This document shows, one piece after another, positions 32,657 to 41,413 of a DNA stretch of 54,373 nucleotides (position 1 is its first letter; each line of letters opens with the position of its first letter). The stretch lies in NCBI GenBank assembly GCA_045106895.1, contig JBGCFM010000102.1:1-54373 (forward strand), read 5' to 3'. The stretch is from Polyangiales bacterium (GTDB lineage Bacteria; Myxococcota_A; Polyangia; Polyangiales; Houyiibacteriaceae). The position numbers and the translations under genes are program-made. Under the pieces are notes generated by a model. It saw nothing but the letters and a program-made list of their open reading frames with translations, was not told the origin of the DNA and searched no databases.

Positions 32657-35425
32657 GTGGCGAATGAGCCAAAGCGAAGTGCGTCCAACGACTCCGGCTG
32701 GAGCGGCCTTTTGGTGGGTCTACTGGGCGTTGCGGCGTGCGCTTTGGGCGGGCCGCGTCTCTCGGACACCCAAGTGGCCCGGCAGGCCACGGCCCACGTG
32801 CCAACGCTTCGCGTGACCGGCGCCGGTCGCCCCATCATGGACGCCCGCGTCGAGTGGCAGGACGAAGCGCTGCTGAGCGACCAGGACGGCCTTGTGCCTT
32901 GGTCACCGGAGTCCCCTGCCCGCGTCAGCGCGACCGGCTGGGCGCGGGCCTTCGCCGAGGCAGGGGTCACAGACGTTGAACTTGTGCGACCTGCGACGCT
33001 CGCCGGACACGTCGTGGACACCAGCGGCATCCCCGTCGAGTGCGATATCCAAGCGTGGAACATCAACGAGGATGGGGAGGTCATCGACGAAGTCGGCCAC
33101 GTGACACAGACCAACACCTCAGGCGCGTTCTCCCTCTCCGAGGTGGCCCCCGGCTCCGTTCGCGTGGTGGCTCGGGCCGCGGGCTTCGCCACGGAGAGCG
33201 TCGTCGCCGACGTCGGACGCGCAAACCTCCGCCTCGTTCTCACGCCCGCAGGCACCCTCGCGGGCGTTGTCCGCGATGCGGCTGGGCAGCCCGCCCGAGG
33301 CGCCACGGTGGTCCTCGCGGGCAGCGGCGTATGGCCCCCGCGCGAGTACCAGAGCGACGATGATGGTCGATACCGCATCGATGATGTGGCGCCGGGCGTT
33401 TACGAGCTGTGGGCGCGCGCGACCCACGAGCGCTCTCCACCCCGCTCCGGCATCACGCTGGAAGCCGGCGACGCGCTTTTCGTTCCGCTGCAAATGGTCC
33501 CAGGCGATCACGTCGAGGGCATCGTCGTGAACGCCGAAGGTGCGCCCATCGCCGGCGCAGAAGTCCTCGTAGTGGACGGCGGCCTCGCCCTCGCCCCGAT
33601 CCGCGTCACGACGGGTGCCGACGGACGCTTTCACATCGAGCCACTTTTGCCCGTGGCCTACGAACGTTCCTACTTGGCGCAGGCGACAGGCTACCTGCCG
33701 GGCCAGACGGGCGCCGCAGGCTCGAGCGATGAACTTCGCATCGTCCTCGAACCCGGAGCGACCCTGCGTGGCCGTGTTGTGGATGAGCGCGGCCGCCCTG
33801 TTGCCGGCGCCCTCGTCCAGTGGCTCATGAACCGGCGACCTAGCCCCGCCGCCCCCGGAAACGACCTCGGCGTGACCACCGGGCCCGTGCCCCCGATTCC
33901 TTTCGCCGACTCCCCGCCCGTCGCCGTTGGCTTCGGCGACAGCACCAGCGACGAGAACGGGGAGTTCGTCATCGCAGGAGTCCAAGCCGGCGCCGGTGAG
34001 ATTCTCGCGTCCCACGGCGATTTCGCCCCCTCGGCGCGCGAAGCAACGGACCTCCTCCCCGGCACTACCATCGAAGGCATCACGCTCATTCTTCGCGAAG
34101 GCGGGGTCCTCGAAGGTCGCCTCGTCGATGCCCGTGGGTTTCCTGTTCGTTTCGTCCCCGTCGAGGTCATGAGCGACGAGGTGGGCACGCCGGCGAGCCG
34201 CGTCAGCGCCGAAGATGGTTCGTTCTCTTTCCGCGGCCTGCTCGGTACCGTCACCATCAGCGCGCGCCCCTACGACGCGCCGGCGGTTAGCCAGACGGTG
34301 TTCATCCAAGCCGGCGACCGCCGCGAAATACAGCTCGTCCTGGAAGAAGCCTTGTCGGAACTGAGCGGGCGTGTTCTTGATGAACGCGGCTTCCCCGTCG
34401 GCGGGACGGAACTCGTGGTCGAGAGCGCAGCGGTAGGAACCTCATTTCAGCGCATCGCGGTGAGCGCCGAGGATGGCACCTTCTCCTTCATCGCGCTGCC
34501 GGCGCCGCCCTACACACTCCGGCTGGATCATCCCGACTACGCGCTCTCCGAGACGCACGTCTCCGCCGACCACCGCAGCCAAACTGAGCTCGCCCTCACG
34601 CTGCGCCCGGGGAGTGACGTTGTGGGCGTGGTGAACGACGAGTGGAGCGGGGGCCCCGTCGTTGGCGCGCAAGTTTCACTCACCCGAGAGCTGGACACAG
34701 CGCAGGACAACGGCGACGGAGAATACCTGGCAACGACGGACGCCTCCGGCCGCTATCGCATCGGCCGGGTCTTGGCAGGCTCCTACCTGCTTCATGTCGA
34801 GTTTGACGCACGTGAAGCGGACACGGACCTTGAGGTCCTTGGCTCCCTCGTGCGCGTCCCTGCCCTGGAACTCCCTGCCGCCGGCGGCCTCGCGTTGACC
34901 GTCGTCGACGCACTCGGGGACCGCGCTCCGGAAGCGCAGGTCTTTGTGGACGGTGCGCCGGCGGGAGTCACCGACGCCCAGGGCGAGCTCGAACTACGCG
35001 GGATCCCGCCGGGACTCCATCAGCTCAACATCTCCCACCCCGACGCCGGCGACGCGAGTCCGGGTCGTGTTCGTGTCCTTGAGGCGGAGCGAAGCGAGCT
35101 CCGCGTGATGTTGCCTGCCCGCGTCGCCCTCGGCACCGCCGTCAGCGCTGAACGAGAGCCGACGAGCCGGCAAGGAGTGGCTATTCGCGTGGAGCGCAGA
35201 GGCGAAGACGTCGTGATCACCGCCGTCGCCGCCGGTTCCCGGGCCGCCCGCGCTGGCCTCCGGACCGGCGACCTCCTGCTCAGGCTCGACGGCGAAGACG
35301 TCCTCTCCGCAGGCACGGCACGCTCGGTTCTCCGCGGAAGCGAGGGGAGTGTCCGCGTTGAAGTAGGCCGCGGGCGACGCCGAGTTCGGCGAACCGTGGA
35401 GCGCGAGTCGTACTCACTTCCTTAG
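32657..35425 (+). CDS. Membrane-anchored/secreted protein with tandem carboxypeptidase-regulatory-like beta-sandwich repeats and C-terminal PDZ domain
   Basis: Repeated GxVxDxxGxP(V/I)xGA...TxxDGxF..PG.Y units; C-terminal GSRAARAGLRTGDLLLRLDG. Start uncertain (ORF from 32540; GTG 32657 chosen). Confidence 0.85.
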   Translation: MANEPKRSASNDSGWSGLLVGLLGVAACALGGPRLSDTQVARQATAHVPTLRVTGAGRPIMDARVEWQDEALLSDQDGLVPWSPESPARVSATGWARAFAEAGVTDVELVRPATLAGHVVDTSGIPVECDIQAWNINEDGEVIDEVGHVTQTNTSGAFSLSEVAPGSVRVVARAAGFATESVVADVGRANLRLVLTPAGTLAGVVRDAAGQPARGATVVLAGSGVWPPREYQSDDDGRYRIDDVAPGVYELWARATHERSPPRSGITLEAGDALFVPLQMVPGDHVEGIVVNAEGAPIAGAEVLVVDGGLALAPIRVTTGADGRFHIEPLLPVAYERSYLAQATGYLPGQTGAAGSSDELRIVLEPGATLRGRVVDERGRPVAGALVQWLMNRRPSPAAPGNDLGVTTGPVPPIPFADSPPVAVGFGDSTSDENGEFVIAGVQAGAGEILASHGDFAPSAREATDLLPGTTIEGITLILREGGVLEGRLVDARGFPVRFVPVEVMSDEVGTPASRVSAEDGSFSFRGLLGTVTISARPYDAPAVSQTVFIQAGDRREIQLVLEEALSELSGRVLDERGFPVGGTELVVESAAVGTSFQRIAVSAEDGTFSFIALPAPPYTLRLDHPDYALSETHVSADHRSQTELALTLRPGSDVVGVVNDEWSGGPVVGAQVSLTRELDTAQDNGDGEYLATTDASGRYRIGRVLAGSYLLHVEFDAREADTDLEVLGSLVRVPALELPAAGGLALTVVDALGDRAPEAQVFVDGAPAGVTDAQGELELRGIPPGLHQLNISHPDAGDASPGRVRVLEAERSELRVMLPARVALGTAVSAEREPTSRQGVAIRVERRGEDVVITAVAAGSRAARAGLRTGDLLLRLDGEDVLSAGTARSVLRGSEGSVRVEVGRGRRRVRRTVERESYSLP

Positions 35426-35611
35426 GCGCTGTCTCTCGCCGAGGTGTCGGGTCAGGGCCGGTGCTATGGAAAAAGTACCAGGCGGACTCTGGCGAAGTCA
35501 CCGGCGAGTTTCCCACAACACTGAGCGGCCGCTGGATGAACGATCTGGTCCGTGAGCCCAGCTCCCCGCATGCTCTTATTTCCTCGCTCATTGGTCGGAC
35601 GATGCCTCGCT

Positions 35612-36760
35612 TCAGACCACGGGCGACGCCGTCTGAGACTGCCAGCGGCCCGACGCCTGAAGCGCCTCACCCCGAATCTCCATACCTTCCAGGTGAGCAA
35701 GAAGCGAAAGTCGCGCCAAGGGATAAAGCGCCTTTGGCACGTCGGCGTAGACCCTAGGCAGAAGCTCGTCGACGCTGACCGGCGCCGCAGCGGACATCTC
35801 CAAGAGCGCGCTTGCGACTTTCTTGTCTCGCCCTTTTCGGTGTTCACGCGTTCGCCGGCAAAGCGCAGGGCCGTCGAGTACAAGTCCGCCGTGGGCCGGC
35901 ACTAAACGCTTGAGTCCCAGGTCTTCGAGGCGCTGGAGCTGCCTGAGGTACTCGTTCATGTCACCGTCGCCGGGCTCAACGAGGATCGTGCCGACGCCCG
36001 CCACCATGTCGCCTGCGATGAGGAGAGAAGATTCTTCGTCCGCGAAACAGAGGTGACCGCGCGCATGGCCGGGGGTGTGAACGACGCGAAGAGACTTGCC
36101 ACCGATCTGCAACACCTCCCCGCCGGTGAGATGACGCTCAAACTTGAGCTTCGGGAGGGACTTGGCCGTCTCTTCATGGGCCCAGAGTGGCGCGCCAAGA
36201 CGCTCGCTGAGGTACGCCGCCCCGCCAACGTGGTCGATGTGATGATGCGTGAGAGCGATGGCCCGGACGGACACGCCCAGGCTCTCGACGGCGGCAACAA
36301 GCACGTCGCATTCGCTTTGCTCGCTGGGCGCGGGCTCGATGAGCAATAGTTCGTCGGCGCCGACGAGGAACGCGTTGGTGTGCGTCGCAGGCGGCAAGGT
36401 TGGCGTCCGCAGCGGCAGAACACGAATGTCTTCGGCCACCTCCCAGAAGGGTTCAGACCCCGCCGAGTCGTCCCAGCGAAGCGCGCGGCTCGCCTCCGGC
36501 GCGAGAGCCAACTCGCCGCGTCGCCAAGCGAGCCTCTGCTCCGCGAGCCCCTCACCGGGACGCCCTTCGCCACGATGCACGACGCGTTCACGCTGGACAT
36601 CGCCCCGCGCTTCTACGCGAAAGAGCTCAGCCCCCGCCTCCTGCGACCCTTCCGAAAGCAACGGAAGACCCATGAGCTTCCCTCCGTGCGCCTCTTGTCG
36701 GACCTGCGAGCCAAGCCGCAGCGCACCGTTCTCCTCAAAAGCGAGGACGTGACGGATCAC
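35612..36760 (-). CDS. MBL-fold metallo-hydrolase (LACTB2-like) with N-terminal extension
   Basis: TPTLPPATHTN, THHHIDHVGG, HTPGHARGH, AGD, PAHG, winged-helix-like C-terminus. Confidence 0.9.
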   Translation of the reverse strand: MIRHVLAFEENGALRLGSQVRQEAHGGKLMGLPLLSEGSQEAGAELFRVEARGDVQRERVVHRGEGRPGEGLAEQRLAWRRGELALAPEASRALRWDDSAGSEPFWEVAEDIRVLPLRTPTLPPATHTNAFLVGADELLLIEPAPSEQSECDVLVAAVESLGVSVRAIALTHHHIDHVGGAAYLSERLGAPLWAHEETAKSLPKLKFERHLTGGEVLQIGGKSLRVVHTPGHARGHLCFADEESSLLIAGDMVAGVGTILVEPGDGDMNEYLRQLQRLEDLGLKRLVPAHGGLVLDGPALCRRTREHRKGRDKKVASALLEMSAAAPVSVDELLPRVYADVPKALYPLARLSLLAHLEGMEIRGEALQASGRWQSQTASPVV

Positions 36761-37518
36761 TCCTTGGACTCATCGGGGTGCGGCACTGGCAGGTGCGCAG
36801 ACATATCGGGCACCCTCGGCGCCTTCGGTACCGAGGGGATGCCGTGGGAGAGCGCCGGGGCGCGAAAGTCTCGATACATCGACGCGCGAGCGCCCGGAAG
36901 AATGGAGGGGGAGCGACCTTCCGTCAGGGACACGGGATCACCGACAATGCGAAGGCACGCCTTCGTTGCAAACTTCAGCGTCTGGAAAACACCTTTGCCT
37001 TCGATCGCCACCGCAGGCACCTGGGGGACCCCCTCTGGAATACGAAGCTCTTCGCGAAGCACGTCAAGCGGCAGCGCGGTGTCCAAATCGCGCTTGTTGT
37101 ACTGGACGACCAAAGGCATGCGGTCCGGGTCATCTCCCTGGAGCCGCAGGTTGTCGTAGAGGTTGTTGATGCTCTCGATGTTCTGCTCGACGCGGCCGTC
37201 CTGGCTGTCGACGACGAAGACGACGCCATCAACATGCCGCAACACCAAGCGGCGGGTGTGGTCGAGGGCGATCTGCCCAGGCACCGTGCAGAGATGGAGA
37301 CGAACGCGATAGCCCCGAAAGTCGCCGAGATGCATCGGGAGAAGATCGAAGAAGAGCGTTCGCTCCGCTTCTGTGGCCAGGGAGATGAGTTTGCCCCGGT
37401 GCTCACGCCGGCTCTTCCCGTGGATGTGCTCCAGGTTTGTGGTCTTTCCGCCAAGACCTGGGCCGTAATAAACGATCTTGATGTGCAGCTCGCGCTGGGA
37501 GTGATTCACCAAGGGCAC
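36757..37518 (-). CDS. MglA-family small Ras-like GTPase (paralog with C-terminal extension)
   Basis: KIVYYGPGLGGKTTNL, ERTLFFD, TVPGQ, VDGVVFVVDSQ, QYNKRDL. Confidence 0.93.
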   Translation of the reverse strand: MPLVNHSQRELHIKIVYYGPGLGGKTTNLEHIHGKSRREHRGKLISLATEAERTLFFDLLPMHLGDFRGYRVRLHLCTVPGQIALDHTRRLVLRHVDGVVFVVDSQDGRVEQNIESINNLYDNLRLQGDDPDRMPLVVQYNKRDLDTALPLDVLREELRIPEGVPQVPAVAIEGKGVFQTLKFATKACLRIVGDPVSLTEGRSPSILPGARASMYRDFRAPALSHGIPSVPKAPRVPDMSAHLPVPHPDESKE

Positions 37519-37662
37519 TCAATGTGCGTACCGCGTCCTCCGCCAACCCGTCAACGGTCCTCGGGTGTTGGGGTGCGCTTCGCGGGCGGCGCGCCCCTGC
37601 AATGTCGGTGTTTTTGCAAAAAAGCCCCTCGCGCGCCTGTTCGCGTGCTTAGGTAGCGTGCG

Positions 37663-37971
37663 ATGCAGAGACTTCTAGTTGGGATGTGCCTTCTGTGGGG
37701 CTGCGGTGGGGCTCCTATCCAAGCCAACCACAGCCACTTCGACGCCATTCAGCGTCAGGAAACCCGAATGGACGTGGCAGGAAACGTGGCCTTCGACGCA
37801 GAGCGGCCGTGTCCGGAGCGTGTGGCCGCCCAAGGGGAGGCCCGTCGAGCGTCCGATCGCATCTGCGAGGTGGCGGCTCCTATCAACGACGCCGACGCGA
37901 CTCGACGCTGCCACGATTCTCAGGCGCGAAGCGCGGCTATCGATGCGTCCCTGGGTTCCTGCCAACACTAG
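37663..37971 (+). CDS. Small lipoprotein with four Cys after the lipobox Cys
   Basis: LLWGC-GG lipobox; C...RICE...RC...C pattern. Confidence 0.65.
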   Translation: MQRLLVGMCLLWGCGGAPIQANHSHFDAIQRQETRMDVAGNVAFDAERPCPERVAAQGEARRASDRICEVAAPINDADATRRCHDSQARSAAIDASLGSCQH

Positions 37972-37997
37972 AGCGTTGAGCAGCTCCCTGCTGACGC

Positions 37998-40877
37998 TTA
38001 CTCTTCCTCTTGCTCCCAAGGCTCTGGCTCCGGCGCAGGGAGCTCGGCTGTGCGTGGAACGATAGCCACGCCGAGGAGCGCTCCCGCCCCTTCGAACGCG
38101 AGGCGCGTCGGCTCCGTTGGGAGGTCTCGCACGGACACTTGGTGCGCCTCTTCGGACAACGCGAATACCTGTTCGCCGACCCAAAGACGACCCGGCCCCT
38201 CTACCCAGAAAACGGCTTGGTGGTCCGGTGCCTCCGCTTCGATGGACGCTTCGGCTTCGAGCGCGCAGCGGCTCTCGGTGCAAGTCCAGCCCTCCCCCGA
38301 GCTTCGGCGTCCGGGACCCGCGAGGAGCCGAACCCCTTGAGGCATCGGCTCGGGCGTCCCCAGCCATCGAGCGATAAGCGCAGGAGCGCGGCTGTCGTGT
38401 TGCTCCACCAAGAGCTCGGCTTCGAGGGTCCGCGCCCCGAGGTACCGCTCGGCGGCGAAACGTTGCGCCACTTCGCTTCGGACGGCCCCGGACGAAAACC
38501 CACGTAGAGCCTCGAGCGCGCTGATGCGCAGGTTGACCTCATCCAAGGCAGCCAGCAGCGCCGCCCGCGCGTTCCGGTCGTTCTGCGACGCTCCAAGAGC
38601 TGCCACGGCCCGCCTTCGTTCATCCTCCGAGGCGGCCTCATCGCCCACGATCTCGATGAGGGCTTCCACGACCACGCGGCCGCGTTCCGCCACGGCCAAG
38701 GCCGCGCGCCGGCGCCAGGCGCCGTCGGTGTCCGCGTCTGCGCACATATCCGCGACGCGGCTCAGCGCGGCGCTGTCCCCAAGCGAGGCGGAAGCAAGGA
38801 GCGCCTCGTCGCGTACGCCCGGGTCTTCGCCTTCGCGGTCCATGCGAAGAAGCGTCGCAAGCGCGGGCTCATAGCCGCTCACCCCGAGGAGGCGTGCCGC
38901 CGCTTTCCGAACCTCTGTCCGCTCTGAACCCAAAAGCAGCTGCAGCGCGGCGCCGTCCGATTCCCCAAGCTCCGCCTGCGCCAAGGCCGCCGGCCAGGCG
39001 CCGTCGTCTCCCAGAGACATCGCCTCCACCTCGGGAATCGACGACGCAAACGTCCGAAGAGCTCCTCGGAGTCGATCCGCCACTTCGGGTTCGGTGTCGA
39101 GGATATTCTGGCGCTCGCCGGGGTCCGCCTCAAGGTCGTAGAGCTGGCATGCGCTGCGCGGACCGCAGATGAGCTTGTATTGCGAATCCGCAGCCATCCG
39201 CTCCTCGCCCACATCCGCAAACGCGTAAGCCGGCGCCTGTGCGTCGTCATGGAGCAGCAGGCCCCCGAGGTCATCTCCACGCATTCGCGCGTCCAGGGGG
39301 ATACCAAGGGCGCTCAGCACCGTCGTCGCGATGTCCACGAGCTCCACCGGCGCAGACACGCGACGCGGCTCCAGCCCCTCGGCATTCCAGATCAAGGGAA
39401 CGGCGACCTGTTCTTCGTAGAGAGTCGTCCCGTGGTGGTAACCGCCGTGCTCCCCGAACTCTTCACCGTGATCGGCGGTGATCACCACGACACCGTTCGG
39501 CCGCTCCTCTCGAAACGTACGTACCAAGTCGCCGATGGCCGCATCCGCCGCAGCGACTTCACCATCGTAGCGCTGCCTCGCGGACTCTCCGCGCCGAAAC
39601 TCGTCCGGCGGGTCATAGGGCTCGTGAGGCTCGAAGAGATGCACCCATGCGAAGACCCGCCGTTCGGTGCCGCCCTCCAGCTCGTCGAGGTAGCGTCTGA
39701 GCTGTGCGACGCGGGCCGCCGCGGGCGCGAACATGGTCTTTCGGTACTCGAAGTCGAAACCGTCCGAGGCGAGGGTCCCAAAGCGGGCGGCGTCGACAAA
39801 AAAGATAGCCGGCGGGTAAAAAGCCGCCGTGCGATAGCCATAGTCACGAAGCAGCCCCGCCAAAGACGGATGCTCCCTCGCGTCGCCTGGCAACGCCATC
39901 ACTGGCCGGACAAACTTGCCCGTGAGCAAGCTTGAAAGCGCATAGGACGTGTGCGGTGTCGGCGTGTACGCGCGTTCAAACACGACGCCGCGGTCGGCAA
40001 GCTGGGCGAGGTTCGGCATGCGCACGGAGGTCACGGCGTCGGCGCGCAGGGCGTCCACGCTGATGAGCAACACGTCACGCTCACGCCAGTCTGGGCCAGG
40101 CGCCGCTTCACCACGAAGCGCGAGCGCGTCGCTCGTCGCCGGCTCCACGCGCGGCTCTTCCGGCGTCGCCGCAGGGAAGCGCATTAACACCTTTCCAGTG
40201 AGCGCCGCGTAACGCTCCGCGACGAAACGGCCGTTGCCTGTGCGTCCGAACGCCACGACCGCCGTCAGAGCGAGCGTCGACAGTCCAACGCCGAGCAGAA
40301 GCGCCGTCGAACGAGCAACCCACGGCCCCGAATCGCCGGCGAAGCTCGCCGCGCAATACAGCGCGAGGGCCGCGAGAACGAGCGCCAGGTGAAACCCTGG
40401 ATAGAGCCGGTGGAGCACCCACGCGTCCGCGGCCAAGAGCGCCGTCGCCGTGAGAAACAGCGGCGCGAGACGGAACTCCCAGGTTCCTTCTTGCCAGCGA
40501 ATCAACAGCCTTCGAATCGCCCAACCGCAGAAGAGCGCGGCACCAAGAGCGACGACGATTCGGTAGGACTCCACCCGTCGACCGCCGGCGCTCTCCCAAG
40601 CGAGCACCCCGAAGACGACTCCCCCGGCGACCCCGCCGATGGCGGCTCTCGTCGTGTGCTTGAGAATGAACTGCGCGCTGGCTCGCCCCACCAGGTGGCC
40701 AGCGAACACAAGTCCAACCCAGCAAGCGAGGGCGCTGGCGGAGTAGAGCAAAAGCTCGCCCCGACCTAAGAACTGGTCGTAGGCACGAAAGAATGTGAGG
40801 GCGACCTCAGTGAGCGCGGCGAAGACACCAACGCCGACGACGGTCCACACGCGAGGACGCTGTGAAGCGCCTGCCAC
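37998..40877 (-). CDS. Multi-TM alkaline-phosphatase/sulfatase-superfamily protein with HEAT-like repeats
   Basis: N-terminal TM helices; LLISVDALRAD, AYTPTPHT, HLFEPHEPY, TADHGEEF, VPLI, LYDLEADPGE; then VRKAAARLLG, VRDEALLA, RRRAVAALG. Confidence 0.85.
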   Translation of the reverse strand: MAGASQRPRVWTVVGVGVFAALTEVALTFFRAYDQFLGRGELLLYSASALACWVGLVFAGHLVGRASAQFILKHTTRAAIGGVAGGVVFGVLAWESAGGRRVESYRIVVALGAALFCGWAIRRLLIRWQEGTWEFRLAPLFLTATALLAADAWVLHRLYPGFHLALVLAALALYCAASFAGDSGPWVARSTALLLGVGLSTLALTAVVAFGRTGNGRFVAERYAALTGKVLMRFPAATPEEPRVEPATSDALALRGEAAPGPDWRERDVLLISVDALRADAVTSVRMPNLAQLADRGVVFERAYTPTPHTSYALSSLLTGKFVRPVMALPGDAREHPSLAGLLRDYGYRTAAFYPPAIFFVDAARFGTLASDGFDFEYRKTMFAPAAARVAQLRRYLDELEGGTERRVFAWVHLFEPHEPYDPPDEFRRGESARQRYDGEVAAADAAIGDLVRTFREERPNGVVVITADHGEEFGEHGGYHHGTTLYEEQVAVPLIWNAEGLEPRRVSAPVELVDIATTVLSALGIPLDARMRGDDLGGLLLHDDAQAPAYAFADVGEERMAADSQYKLICGPRSACQLYDLEADPGERQNILDTEPEVADRLRGALRTFASSIPEVEAMSLGDDGAWPAALAQAELGESDGAALQLLLGSERTEVRKAAARLLGVSGYEPALATLLRMDREGEDPGVRDEALLASASLGDSAALSRVADMCADADTDGAWRRRAALAVAERGRVVVEALIEIVGDEAASEDERRRAVAALGASQNDRNARAALLAALDEVNLRISALEALRGFSSGAVRSEVAQRFAAERYLGARTLEAELLVEQHDSRAPALIARWLGTPEPMPQGVRLLAGPGRRSSGEGWTCTESRCALEAEASIEAEAPDHQAVFWVEGPGRLWVGEQVFALSEEAHQVSVRDLPTEPTRLAFEGAGALLGVAIVPRTAELPAPEPEPWEQEEE

Positions 40878-40883
40878 CAGACG

Positions 40884-41354
40884 CTACTTCCAGCGAACGT
40901 CCGACACTTCGTAGGTACGAAGGCCGCCCGGCGCTCGCACCTTTACCTCATCGCCCACTTCTTTACCGATGAGCGCCCGCGCGACGGGTGCCGTAATCGA
41001 TATCGTTCCAGCCTCGACGTCCGCCTCATCGGCGCCCACGAGGCGGTAGGTGACAGCCTTGCCGCTATCGATGTCTTCGAGCTCGACGATGGCGCCGAAC
41101 TTCACGCGGTCGCCGCCAAGCATGCTCGAGTCGATGACCTCCGCACGGGAGATCTTGTCCTCGATGTCCGACATGCGGGCGACGGTCATGCCCTGCTTTT
41201 CTTTCGCCGCGTGGTACTCGGCGTTCTCTTTGAGATCGCCGTGTTCGATGGCGATACCGATTTCCACCGAGATCTTCGGCATCTCCGCTTTGAGTCGCTC
41301 AAGTTCCTGCTTGAGAGCCTCAAAACCCTCGGGTGTCATCGGTGCGCGTTCCAT
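40884..41354 (-). CDS. greA: Transcription elongation factor GreA
   Basis: MTPEG, HGDLKENAEYHAAK, VKFGA, ISITAPVARALIGK. Confidence 0.97.
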   Translation of the reverse strand: MERAPMTPEGFEALKQELERLKAEMPKISVEIGIAIEHGDLKENAEYHAAKEKQGMTVARMSDIEDKISRAEVIDSSMLGGDRVKFGAIVELEDIDSGKAVTYRLVGADEADVEAGTISITAPVARALIGKEVGDEVKVRAPGGLRTYEVSDVRWK

Positions 41355-41413
41355 CCCGCTGTCCTAATGCCTCATTGGCGTTTCGTCCAGGCTCGGAGCC
41401 GGCGCCTCGCGTC

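Noticed and set aside
35461..35757. 98-aa ORF in the gap after the PDZ protein
   Set aside because: It overlaps the MBL gene 3' end and has no RBS or recognisable features.
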